Shown piece after piece: positions 9,773 to 17,822 of a DNA stretch of 63,719 nt. The position numbers were made by a program, and so were the translations under genes. Each line of letters starts with the position of its first letter. Position 1 is the first letter of the stretch. This DNA comes from a virus (lineage: Duplodnaviria > Caudoviricetes): the IMG/VR virus record IMGVR_UViG_3300032240_001660, positions 1 to 63,719 of that record. One strand, 5' to 3'. The notes under the pieces were generated by a model that did no database searches, had not been told where the DNA came from, and was given only the letters and a program-made list of their open reading frames with translations.

Positions 9773-9802
9773 TTATTTAGTGACCCCGTGGAGAGGGTCA
9801 CT
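9773..9802 (-). promoter_or_regulatory. Hairpin followed by a late promoter (ACTAAATA) for the oxygenase
   Basis: AGTGACCC...GGGTCACT stem at 9779-9802; TAAATA core at 9774-79. Confidence 0.55.
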
Positions 9803-9816
9803 TAATATAGAATAAC

Positions 9817-11670
9817 TTATGGCAAGAAATACCCGCCGATTGCACCTAAGATAGGTCCACCAAAAGGTTGATTGGTTTTAATAACAACGATACCAGAACC
9901 GCCAGAACCGCCAGTACCACTCTGGCTATAAACAAGTTCACCTTGAGATGATCCGCCACCGCCACCGCCAGTTGATGCACCACCATTACCACCAATAAGC
10001 GAACCGGCCGTTCCAGAAAGGACATTTCCATTTCCACCAGTGTTCAATGCAGAACCGCCACCTGAACTATTGGGTGCAGATTGTGTTCCAGTTCTGTTAG
10101 CCGCAGTACCTCCGCCGCCGCCGCCAAGACCTCCGTTACCACCTCTGAGACTAGATGACCCGTCAGTCCATGTTGAACCGCCGCCACCGCCTGCAAAGTA
10201 GTATGGTGTTCCTAATATTGAAGAAACAGCACCAACACCACCATCACCTGAGGTACTGATATTAGCGGCAGTTCCTGCACCACCCGCACCTCCGCCACCT
10301 GATGAGATTCGAGAATCGTTAGATCCATTATATGTTGTAGAACCACCTGCAAATCCTTGACCTGGAGTTCCTGAACCACCGGCAAGAGGTGATCCATCTG
10401 ATGCATTACCACCACCAGAACCTCCAGAATCACCTTGTAAAACAGCAGGATAGATACCTGCTCGGCCTCCACCTGTTGCAGTTTGTCCATTGAACGAAGA
10501 ATTGCTTCCGCTTGAACCTCTATTTCCCGCTAAGTCTGTTACGCCTGCGCCACCGCCACCAACTGTAACAGTATATGATGAACCTGGTGTGACTGACATT
10601 GCACTACCCGCAAGTAATCCACCTGCACCTCCGCCACCACCGTGTCTGAAACCACCGCAACCGCCACCTGCAACTACAAGGTAATCAACTGATGTGACAC
10701 CATCGGGACATGTCCATGTAGCTGAACCTGTAAATTTGAAAATTTGATTGGCAGATGATTGTGGAGTCCATTTTACAATAATGATTCCTGAACCACCTGC
10801 ACCACCAACTGATGATGGAACTGAATTGCATTTACCACCGCCGCCGCCACCGCCAGTAGAGAAAGTACCTTTTGTTGCGGCCCTATTATCTACTGCACCT
10901 TCACCACCACCACCTGAACCACCAGCACCACCTAAAACTCCGGCAGGACCTTCATATCCACCACCGCCACCGCCCGCTAATGTTACTGGTGAACCCGTAA
11001 GTGATGTTGCGGTTCCGGTACCACCTCTTGATTTAGTTCCACTTGGATTTGCAGCGCCACAGTCTGCGCCGCCACCTTGACCCACTTCACTTGCACCACC
11101 TCCACCACCAGCAGAGGTACACGAAACTGGACCGGATGGAGCGCCTACACCGCCATTAGTTCCTTGACCTGGAGTTCCTGTTCCGCCTGACTGTGCAGGT
11201 GCATAAGAGTCTCGACCTGCACCGCCGCCTGAACCACCAGAAAGGCCACTTCTTTGGAAACCTCCGCCGCCACCGCCACCTGTTGATGTGATTGAAGGTC
11301 CTAGTGAACTGTTTCCACCATTAGAACCATCAGTACCCGCAGAAGCACCGCCTGCACCAATAGTCATTGTAATTGATGCACCTGGTGTTACTGAGAATGA
11401 TGTACCGGTTCTAAAACCGCCTGCACCGCCGCCGCCACCTCCGTTAGAAGCCGCATTTCCTCCGGTACTTGCACCACCGCCGCCACCACCTGCAACTACA
11501 ACATAATCGATTGTTGTTACACCTGTTGGAACTGTCCATGTTTCAGTTGCGGCAAAAGTTTGATACAAATTACCTGTTATTGGCGCAATAGATAAACCAT
11601 ACGGCCATTTGTAACCAGTAGGTCTTACTGTATTAACATTGAAATTATTATTTAAAAATTCTACTGACAT
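9817..11670 (-). CDS. Glycine-rich fibre tip/adhesin (two Gly-rich domains), copy 2
   Basis: Two WTxPxGVTxxDYxVVAGGGGG...GGSGIxxxK domains; C-terminus GGYFLP. Confidence 0.8.
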   Translation of the reverse strand: MSVEFLNNNFNVNTVRPTGYKWPYGLSIAPITGNLYQTFAATETWTVPTGVTTIDYVVVAGGGGGGASTGGNAASNGGGGGGAGGFRTGTSFSVTPGASITMTIGAGGASAGTDGSNGGNSSLGPSITSTGGGGGGGFQRSGLSGGSGGGAGRDSYAPAQSGGTGTPGQGTNGGVGAPSGPVSCTSAGGGGGASEVGQGGGADCGAANPSGTKSRGGTGTATSLTGSPVTLAGGGGGGYEGPAGVLGGAGGSGGGGEGAVDNRAATKGTFSTGGGGGGGKCNSVPSSVGGAGGSGIIIVKWTPQSSANQIFKFTGSATWTCPDGVTSVDYLVVAGGGCGGFRHGGGGGAGGLLAGSAMSVTPGSSYTVTVGGGGAGVTDLAGNRGSSGSNSSFNGQTATGGGRAGIYPAVLQGDSGGSGGGNASDGSPLAGGSGTPGQGFAGGSTTYNGSNDSRISSGGGGAGGAGTAANISTSGDGGVGAVSSILGTPYYFAGGGGGSTWTDGSSSLRGGNGGLGGGGGGTAANRTGTQSAPNSSGGGSALNTGGNGNVLSGTAGSLIGGNGGASTGGGGGGSSQGELVYSQSGTGGSGGSGIVVIKTNQPFGGPILGAIGGYFLP

Positions 11671-11999
11671 TAGGTTATCTCCGCACCGTAAGCATTAAAT
11701 GTAATACTACCAATGTTTGTATTTGCAGTTAGAACAACACCAGCGTTCATTGAAACCGCACCTTTGATAGTAAGTAACTCTCTGGCAGGTATTACGCCGC
11801 CTCTAATGATATAGTGAGTGTTTGAAAAAGTATCTCCTGTTGGTCTTACTGCTAATGAGTAAACACCATTTGAATCGGAGAAGTTATTGATTGTGATTGT
11901 ACCAATGATTGCTTGTGTAGCCGCTGCCGTGGTATACAAGTTAGTCATTGTATTTGATGTTGGTGTGATTTGACCAAGCAGTTTATATGCAGTTGTCAT
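11670..11999 (-). CDS. Small beta-sandwich fibre adaptor paralog (C-terminus GAEIT)
   Basis: YKLLGQ.. N-terminus and xEIT C-terminus shared with three other genes in the block. Confidence 0.65.
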   Translation of the reverse strand: MTTAYKLLGQITPTSNTMTNLYTTAAATQAIIGTITINNFSDSNGVYSLAVRPTGDTFSNTHYIIRGGVIPARELLTIKGAVSMNAGVVLTANTNIGSITFNAYGAEIT

Positions 12000-12346
12000 T
12001 AAATAATCTCCACACCAAATGCTGAAAACGATACATTAGCCGCTTTTGATTCGCCACTACGGTATCTATTATTTGCAACAAGAACAACACTTGAATTCAT
12101 AGTGATATTTAGATTCAAAATTATAGTGTCTGCTTGACCTACTAATTGATTTTGTAGAACATAATGTTGATTACCAAGTGCCACGCCTGTTGGTCTTACA
12201 ATGATATCCACATTTGCATTTGCAGAGTCTTGATTACAAATATAAATTGTTTGAATGATGGCCGAATTTGCACTGGTTGAATATACATTCGTTGTTGTAT
12301 TCACCGCAGGTAAAATTTGACCGAGTATTTTATAGGTATTTGCCAT
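11999..12346 (-). CDS. Small beta-sandwich fibre adaptor paralog (C-terminus GVEII)
   Basis: MANTYKILGQ, ICNQ, VSFSAFGVEII. Confidence 0.65.
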   Translation of the reverse strand: MANTYKILGQILPAVNTTTNVYSTSANSAIIQTIYICNQDSANANVDIIVRPTGVALGNQHYVLQNQLVGQADTIILNLNITMNSSVVLVANNRYRSGESKAANVSFSAFGVEII

Positions 12347-12349
12347 CTA

Positions 12350-12697
12350 TTATGAACCCGTGAAGAACAATGCATTGATACCAAAATCGATATCGGGTGA
12401 TAACTTTGCTTGTGTAATCGCACCATCGGCAACTGTTGTGGTTGTTTGAGAACCAACACCTAGATGAAGAACTACAATCGATGCAGCTGCAGCAGGTGCA
12501 GTCACAAAATTTAATGTTGTACCACTTACTGTATAGTCCGTTGTTGGTTTTTTATATGCACCGTTTACAAAGACCGCAATCGATGATGTTGCGGCCGGTG
12601 CATAGGTCAAACTCAAGAAAGCAGTTTGCGTTCCAGAACCTGTATAGGAATCTGTTACAAACGGACTAGATGTTGGTTTATTTCCGATATATGCCAT
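12350..12697 (-). CDS. Short fibre segment (MAYIGN N-terminus), copy 2
   Basis: MAYIGN.P, VFVNG..PTTDYTVSGTTLNF.TAP, ADGAITQAKL. Confidence 0.65.
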   Translation of the reverse strand: MAYIGNKPTSSPFVTDSYTGSGTQTAFLSLTYAPAATSSIAVFVNGAYKKPTTDYTVSGTTLNFVTAPAAAASIVVLHLGVGSQTTTTVADGAITQAKLSPDIDFGINALFFTGS

Positions 12698-12699
12698 TT

Positions 12700-13098
12700 T
12701 TACTCTTTAACTGGAGGTCCACCCTCTGGTTTTGGATATTTGTCTTTTACTTCTTTGATTTTTAGAAACCATTCGGATTCTTTTAAATCACCACCTTTAT
12801 CAATAGCGTGCCACAATAAATCTAGTTGTTCGAACCCATCAGGGTAATTATGGCATCTATCATAAGCATACTGATAATACTCTACTTGTGCTTTTTGGAA
12901 CGCATACTCTTTATCAATTTCTTGCTTTGTTGGAGGCATTTGGCCAGAGTCATCTTGCCAACGAGTGAAAGTATATTCACCACCTGCAACAGTTACATCC
13001 CATTTAGCACCAGGTCGCAATGTTTTGATAACAGTATCAATACCAAAAGGCATTGCAGTTTCACCTGTAAAATTCTTTGCAATTTCATCCACATTCAT
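12700..13098 (-). CDS. Tail fibre assembly chaperone-like protein (XkdW-like)
   Basis: LRPGAKW..PPTKQEI..R..YP..EQLDLLWH..IKEVKDKYPKP. Confidence 0.6.
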   Translation of the reverse strand: MNVDEIAKNFTGETAMPFGIDTVIKTLRPGAKWDVTVAGGEYTFTRWQDDSGQMPPTKQEIDKEYAFQKAQVEYYQYAYDRCHNYPDGFEQLDLLWHAIDKGGDLKESEWFLKIKEVKDKYPKPEGGPPVKE

Positions 13099-13119
13099 AT
13101 TTAAACTCCATTAATTAAA

Positions 13120-13497
13120 TTAAACGCCTGGATAATCTACTGTATCCCAAGATGTTGTAGATTCATTCCAGACAAAAGATTTACCTTCAATAGGTGATGG
13201 TTGTGCAACTGGTGCTTCGTATACCGCAGTTGTGTTATTTAAAACCCAAGATGTATATGGTTTTGGTGCAACAAACGCATCAATGTCGGCATGATATTTC
13301 ATACCAATACCTGCATAATGTTTACGAATATTACCGTTATACGATGTTTGTTTCCATGTACCGCCTAATAACTTTTCGCAAAAAGCAGCACCAATGTGTT
13401 CTTTTTCTACACCATTGGCATCTGCCGTATCTTTGTTATCGATGACGATGACCTGAAGAACAACATTGTTTTCGTCAAGTTGTGCAAAATGTGCCAT
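13120..13497 (-). CDS. Fibre-associated protein (MAHFA family)
   Basis: MAHFAQLDENNVV..WKQTSYN..RKHYAGIG..DAF..PKPY.SW; strong GAGGAG SD. Confidence 0.7.
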   Translation of the reverse strand: MAHFAQLDENNVVLQVIVIDNKDTADANGVEKEHIGAAFCEKLLGGTWKQTSYNGNIRKHYAGIGMKYHADIDAFVAPKPYTSWVLNNTTAVYEAPVAQPSPIEGKSFVWNESTTSWDTVDYPGV

Positions 13498-13537
13498 TGT
13501 TTAAAACTCCTCTTTGTTTGAAAAAATATTTAATACT

Positions 13538-13546
13538 TTATTTAGT
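13538..13546 (-). promoter_or_regulatory. Late promoter (ACTAAATA)
   Basis: TAAATA core at 13539-44 upstream of the 13497 gene. Confidence 0.55.
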
Positions 13547-13549
13547 TGA

Positions 13550-15316
13550 TTAATTAATGAAGTAACCGCCACGGGAACCTGCACTACCTGCACCAACATT
13601 TTGATTGGTTTTGATGACTACGATTCCAGAACCACCATCAGCACCTGATCCACCGGCACCACCACCGCCTCCTGCACCGCCGCCAGTGAAGGCAGTTCCT
13701 GATGTGCCGGCAGAATTATTTGGTCCACCGGCACCGCCACCACCCGAACCTCCAGATCCGGCAGTTTGGTAACCGCCTCCGCCACCCCCTGCATAAGTGA
13801 CTGGAGTACCAGATAATGGTGAAGCTAAACCTGAACCGCCGTTACCTGCACCTGGACCTGGATTAGCAGTTACACCTCCAGATCCTGCACCGCCGCCGCC
13901 GCCTGCACTATAAGAAGGACCTGAACCATTACCACCACTATTACCTTGACCTGGTGTTCCTGATCCACCTACACTATTTGCGGGTGCGGCTGAACCAACT
14001 TGACCTCCGCCACCCGAACCACCCGCTAATCCATTTCTTGGTGCAGCGGTACCTCCGCCGCCGCCTCCAATTGCAGTTAGAGAAGAAAATGAAGAATTTG
14101 CTCCATTAACACCATTTGTTCCTGGTGTCCATCCTCTTGAACCTCCGGCTCCAACTGTTACTGTATATGATGTTCCTGGTGTTACAGAAAAACTTGTTCC
14201 AGTTAACATACCGCCAGCACCTCCGCCGCCGCCTCCATCTGTACCAGATCCTCCACCACCCGCAACAATAAGATAATCGACTGATGTGACGCCTTCTGGA
14301 CATGTCCATCCACCAGTACCTTTAAATGTATATGTTAGATTCGCAGATGTTAATGGTACATATTTTACAATGATAACACCTGAACCACCCGAACCACCCC
14401 GACTGGTTTGAACTAATGGTCCTGATGGAGTTGATGAACTTGCACCGCCACCACCGCCTCCAAGACCTTGTGTACCATCAGTTCTTAAAATATCTACCCA
14501 TGCACCACCGTTACCACCACCGCCTGTGCCGCCAGTACCGCCTGTCGATGCAGGTGCATAACCGCCGCCACTTGACCTATCTACTCCACCGCCGCCACCG
14601 CCAGCATATGTTACTGGACTTCCTGTGATTGATGATGCAGAACCTGCACCGCCGGCACCTCCAACATAAGGCGCAGAATTAACTGAATTACCGCCAACAG
14701 CACCTGCGCCGCCGCCGCCACCACCTAAAGTAATATTTGCAGTACCGTCAAATCCTTGACCGCCATTGTTTCCTTGACCTGGTGTTCCCGAACCTCTATG
14801 GTTGACTGCACCGGCAACTTGGTCTCTTGAACCGCTACCGCCACCAGAACCTCCGTTTGCGCCAATAGATCCTGGTTCTCCTGCGGTTGGACCACCTGCG
14901 GGCCCGGCAGTACCACCACCGCCACCGCCTGTTGCAGTAATAGAAGGACCTAATGAAGAATCACTACCATTTGATCCTTTGGTATATTGACTAACAGAAG
15001 AACCGCCTGCACCAACAGTCATCGTAATTGATGCACCTGGTGTTACTGATAGTGATGTACCGGCATTATAACCACCTGCGCCACCGCCACCTCCTGTATA
15101 ACCGCCGCCGCCAGCACCGCCGCCAGCAATACAAAGATAGTCAACTGATGTAATGCCCGTTGGAACTGTCCACGATTGTGTTTCACCAAAATATACAACA
15201 ACATTACCTTGAATAGGTGCTAGAGTTAATCCTACTGGAAATTGATAACCAACAGGTCTTACGCTTTCACCGGTAAATGACCCGCCTATTAAACCTGTGC
15301 TTCTACGAATTGTCAT
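13550..15316 (-). CDS. Glycine-rich fibre tip/adhesin (two Gly-rich domains), copy 1
   Basis: Same architecture as 9817..11670: RPxGYxxPxGLxxAPIxGN N-terminus, WTVPTG/WTCP.G domains, GGYFIN C-terminus. Confidence 0.8.
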   Translation of the reverse strand: MTIRRSTGLIGGSFTGESVRPVGYQFPVGLTLAPIQGNVVVYFGETQSWTVPTGITSVDYLCIAGGGAGGGGYTGGGGGAGGYNAGTSLSVTPGASITMTVGAGGSSVSQYTKGSNGSDSSLGPSITATGGGGGGTAGPAGGPTAGEPGSIGANGGSGGGSGSRDQVAGAVNHRGSGTPGQGNNGGQGFDGTANITLGGGGGGAGAVGGNSVNSAPYVGGAGGAGSASSITGSPVTYAGGGGGGVDRSSGGGYAPASTGGTGGTGGGGNGGAWVDILRTDGTQGLGGGGGGASSSTPSGPLVQTSRGGSGGSGVIIVKYVPLTSANLTYTFKGTGGWTCPEGVTSVDYLIVAGGGGSGTDGGGGGGAGGMLTGTSFSVTPGTSYTVTVGAGGSRGWTPGTNGVNGANSSFSSLTAIGGGGGGTAAPRNGLAGGSGGGGQVGSAAPANSVGGSGTPGQGNSGGNGSGPSYSAGGGGGAGSGGVTANPGPGAGNGGSGLASPLSGTPVTYAGGGGGGYQTAGSGGSGGGGAGGPNNSAGTSGTAFTGGGAGGGGGAGGSGADGGSGIVVIKTNQNVGAGSAGSRGGYFIN

Positions 15317-15654
15317 TAGGTAATCTCCGAACCAAACATTGAGAATGATACATTGGGGTTATTTGTATTAGCTGCAAATATAGACCCCGCATTTGCAGTC
15401 AAACCAATTGTAAGAATAATTGAATCTGCCGCCGGAACAACTGCGCCTCTAATAACATAATTAGCTGCAGCTGCTGGAGATGCAAATGCTGCCGATGGCA
15501 TCATAATCAAACTGTATGATACATTGGTTGAATCTTGGTTACAGATAACAATTGATGAAATAACTGCCTCTGTTGATGCTGGCACAACATACACATTCGT
15601 CTGAGTGTTTGCTGACGGGTTAATTGCGCCTAGTCTTTTATAAGTTTGTGCCAT
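15316..15654 (-). CDS. Small beta-sandwich fibre adaptor paralog (C-terminus GSEIT)
   Basis: MAQTYKRLGA..P.ANT..VY.VP..ICNQ..VSFSMFGSEIT. Confidence 0.65.
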   Translation of the reverse strand: MAQTYKRLGAINPSANTQTNVYVVPASTEAVISSIVICNQDSTNVSYSLIMMPSAAFASPAAAANYVIRGAVVPAADSIILTIGLTANAGSIFAANTNNPNVSFSMFGSEIT

Positions 15655-15655
15655 T

Positions 15656-16066
15656 TTACATTCCTGATAACATTAACATATTTGGTAAAATTCTTGCAGA
15701 TAGTTTAACATCGGTTACAGCACCATCTGCGATTTTTGCTTCTGTGATAGTTCCACCTTGAATATTACCTCCGTCAATCAAATCGTATGTGACGGCTTGT
15801 AAATAATTATATCGAACTTGGATATTATTAGTACCTGATGGTGGTGCTGATGTGAAAGTGATATCAGCAGTACCTGAAGTTGTGTTTGCGGCAATAGTAT
15901 ATGCAGAGAACGGGTCTTGAACCACATTCTCAATAACTGCGATTACATCATTGACACCAGTTACTCTACGACCTATTGTATATTTCGTTTGAGAACCAGT
16001 ACCACTAAATGCCTCTGAAGCAGCCGCAAAAGTATTGACTTCAGGAGTATTACCGATGTATGCCAT
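15656..16066 (-). CDS. Short fibre segment (MAYIGN N-terminus), copy 1
   Basis: MAYIGNTP, VVQDP..AYT, FTSAPPSGTNNI, IADGAVT..KL; hydrophobic C-terminus MLMLSGM. Confidence 0.65.
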   Translation of the reverse strand: MAYIGNTPEVNTFAAASEAFSGTGSQTKYTIGRRVTGVNDVIAVIENVVQDPFSAYTIAANTTSGTADITFTSAPPSGTNNIQVRYNYLQAVTYDLIDGGNIQGGTITEAKIADGAVTDVKLSARILPNMLMLSGM

Positions 16067-16067
16067 A

Positions 16068-16394
16068 TTATGTTATCTCCAAAACTGAAAGAATAACATC
16101 TGCGGAATCAGCCGCACTTGTTTGGACTTGTAAGTAGTCCGTTGCCTCTAATACAACTTTTTGGTCACCACCGATTGGAACTAATGCACCGCCAGAAGCG
16201 ATGATTGCGTTCTTGACCATAAAGTATGAAGTACCGCTAGATATAAGTGTCACATTAGCAGTGATTGGAGCATTAGTGATATTGGCAATCGTCATACCAA
16301 TGACTGTCGCCTGAACACCTGCACCAGCAGAAAAGACATTCTGCGATGTTGTATTAGCGTTTTTAAGAAAGTAATTTTTAAATGCGTTTGCCAT
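16068..16394 (-). CDS. Small beta-sandwich fibre adaptor paralog (C-terminus VLEIT)
   Basis: MANAFKN..TVIGMTIAN..GGDQKVVLE..D.ILSVLEIT. Confidence 0.7.
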   Translation of the reverse strand: MANAFKNYFLKNANTTSQNVFSAGAGVQATVIGMTIANITNAPITANVTLISSGTSYFMVKNAIIASGGALVPIGGDQKVVLEATDYLQVQTSAADSADVILSVLEIT

Positions 16395-16413
16395 GAATAT
16401 CCTCTATATCCAA

Positions 16414-16430
16414 CTATTTATCTATTTATC
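16414..16430 (-). promoter_or_regulatory. Tandem late promoter motifs GATAAATA-GATAAATA
   Basis: Two TAAATA cores at 16415-20 and 16423-28. Confidence 0.55.
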
Positions 16431-17589
16431 CTAATGCAATTGAATATGCCAGTGCAGAACCATCATTTAATCCAATAGAAGCATAAATTGCTGTATTGGC
16501 ATTACCTGTGATTCTTTCGGCATTTAATGTACCTGTTACGGTTACATTACCAAAAATTGCATTTCCTGTGACACCTAGTGTACCAGTTAATAATTCATTA
16601 CCTGCAATGGTGATACTACCAGTGATTGCAGTATTGCCACCAATCGTTACATTGTTTCCAAATGAACCATTACCAGACACAGTAAGGTCATCAAACCCAA
16701 TAGTATCTAGTGTTACATTACCACCAATTGTTAAATCACCAGCAATGTAAACACTACCAGCAATATTTGCATGACTGCCAATATCAGCAGTCGTAGTAAT
16801 TTTTAATGCAGTAACATTACCGCCAATCGTTACATTGTTCGCAACCGCAAGGTTAGCACTTAATGTAGTGTCTTTAGTTACAGATAATGTATTAGCAACG
16901 GTTGCAGAACCCGCAACCGATAGGTCATCAAAACCAATCGTATCTAATGTAATATTACCTGAAACAGTTAAGTCACCGATGATAGTTGTATTGCCAGTAA
17001 CTCTTGTGTTACCATCTACAAACAAATCTCTTTGAATTAGAACATTTGATGGAAGTGTAACATTTGGTTTAGCATATGCAAAACCGGAACTAACATTAAT
17101 TGTTTTCCAGTTTGCACCACTTAATTGTGCATATGTATTTGTGTCTGCATTGAATGTACCGCTGAGTTGAATTAAACTCAATACATTCGATGTTGTATTC
17201 CATGATTGAACAATAGCAGTTGAATTTGCATATGTTACATTATTATTAGGACCTTGGAATACAAGTTCACCAGTCTGATATGTACCAGTACCGGTGTTCA
17301 TTGTGATTGTTGTTAGTGAGGTAATATTACCTGTAACAACAACTTCTTTAGATTGTAAGTTTACTGTGTTAGTTGTATTGGCGGTAATGACATTGATTGT
17401 CGCACCAGTTTCAACATTTAAGGAAACATTTGCAGAAGTACCACCAACACGAATTCTTGTATTGGCAAAGAAAGTTTGACCATTACCATCGGTCAACAGA
17501 TTGGCAGTACCAATCAGGCTTTGTGTTGCCCCTAACCAATGTTGGAAGGTATTGGCGGTCGATAATTGACTTATTAAATTAGCCGCCAT
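16426..17589 (-). CDS. Tail fibre protein (beta-helix repeats; C-terminus YSIALG)
   Basis: TANTFQHW N-terminus; duplicated GDLTxxGNxTLDTIGFDDLxV repeat; GN/VTG repeats. Confidence 0.7.
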   Translation of the reverse strand: MAANLISQLSTANTFQHWLGATQSLIGTANLLTDGNGQTFFANTRIRVGGTSANVSLNVETGATINVITANTTNTVNLQSKEVVVTGNITSLTTITMNTGTGTYQTGELVFQGPNNNVTYANSTAIVQSWNTTSNVLSLIQLSGTFNADTNTYAQLSGANWKTINVSSGFAYAKPNVTLPSNVLIQRDLFVDGNTRVTGNTTIIGDLTVSGNITLDTIGFDDLSVAGSATVANTLSVTKDTTLSANLAVANNVTIGGNVTALKITTTADIGSHANIAGSVYIAGDLTIGGNVTLDTIGFDDLTVSGNGSFGNNVTIGGNTAITGSITIAGNELLTGTLGVTGNAIFGNVTVTGTLNAERITGNANTAIYASIGLNDGSALAYSIALG

Positions 17590-17822
17590 TATTCTTTCCT
17601 TGTATTAAGAACAATATCTTGAAGTAAAGATTTGATTTCTGACATATTCTGTTCTAGTGTGGAAATTCTTTGTTTTATATCTTCTTGTTCCACTTTTTGT
17701 TTTCTTAAAAATTCTACTTTAGCATAGTAATCTTCCAAAGCGGCTCTATCTGTATTTAGAATCGCTTTGGAGTGACTGTCACGGAAAAGATGTTCGTGGT
17801 CTTTTACTTTAATTAAGGACAT
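17589..17822 (-). CDS. Conserved small coiled-coil protein of T4-like phages
   Basis: KVKDH..L.RD..SKAILNTD..Y and a heptad C-terminus; follows the DUF4815-like gene. Confidence 0.65.
   Translation of the reverse strand: MSLIKVKDHEHLFRDSHSKAILNTDRAALEDYYAKVEFLRKQKVEQEDIKQRISTLEQNMSEIKSLLQDIVLNTRKE

Noticed and set aside
10490-14990. Pro-rich plus-strand ORFs (e.g. 10748-11080, 11288-11506, 14802-14990)
   Set aside because: Antisense shadows of GGN codon runs in the Gly-rich genes; no SD or promoter support.
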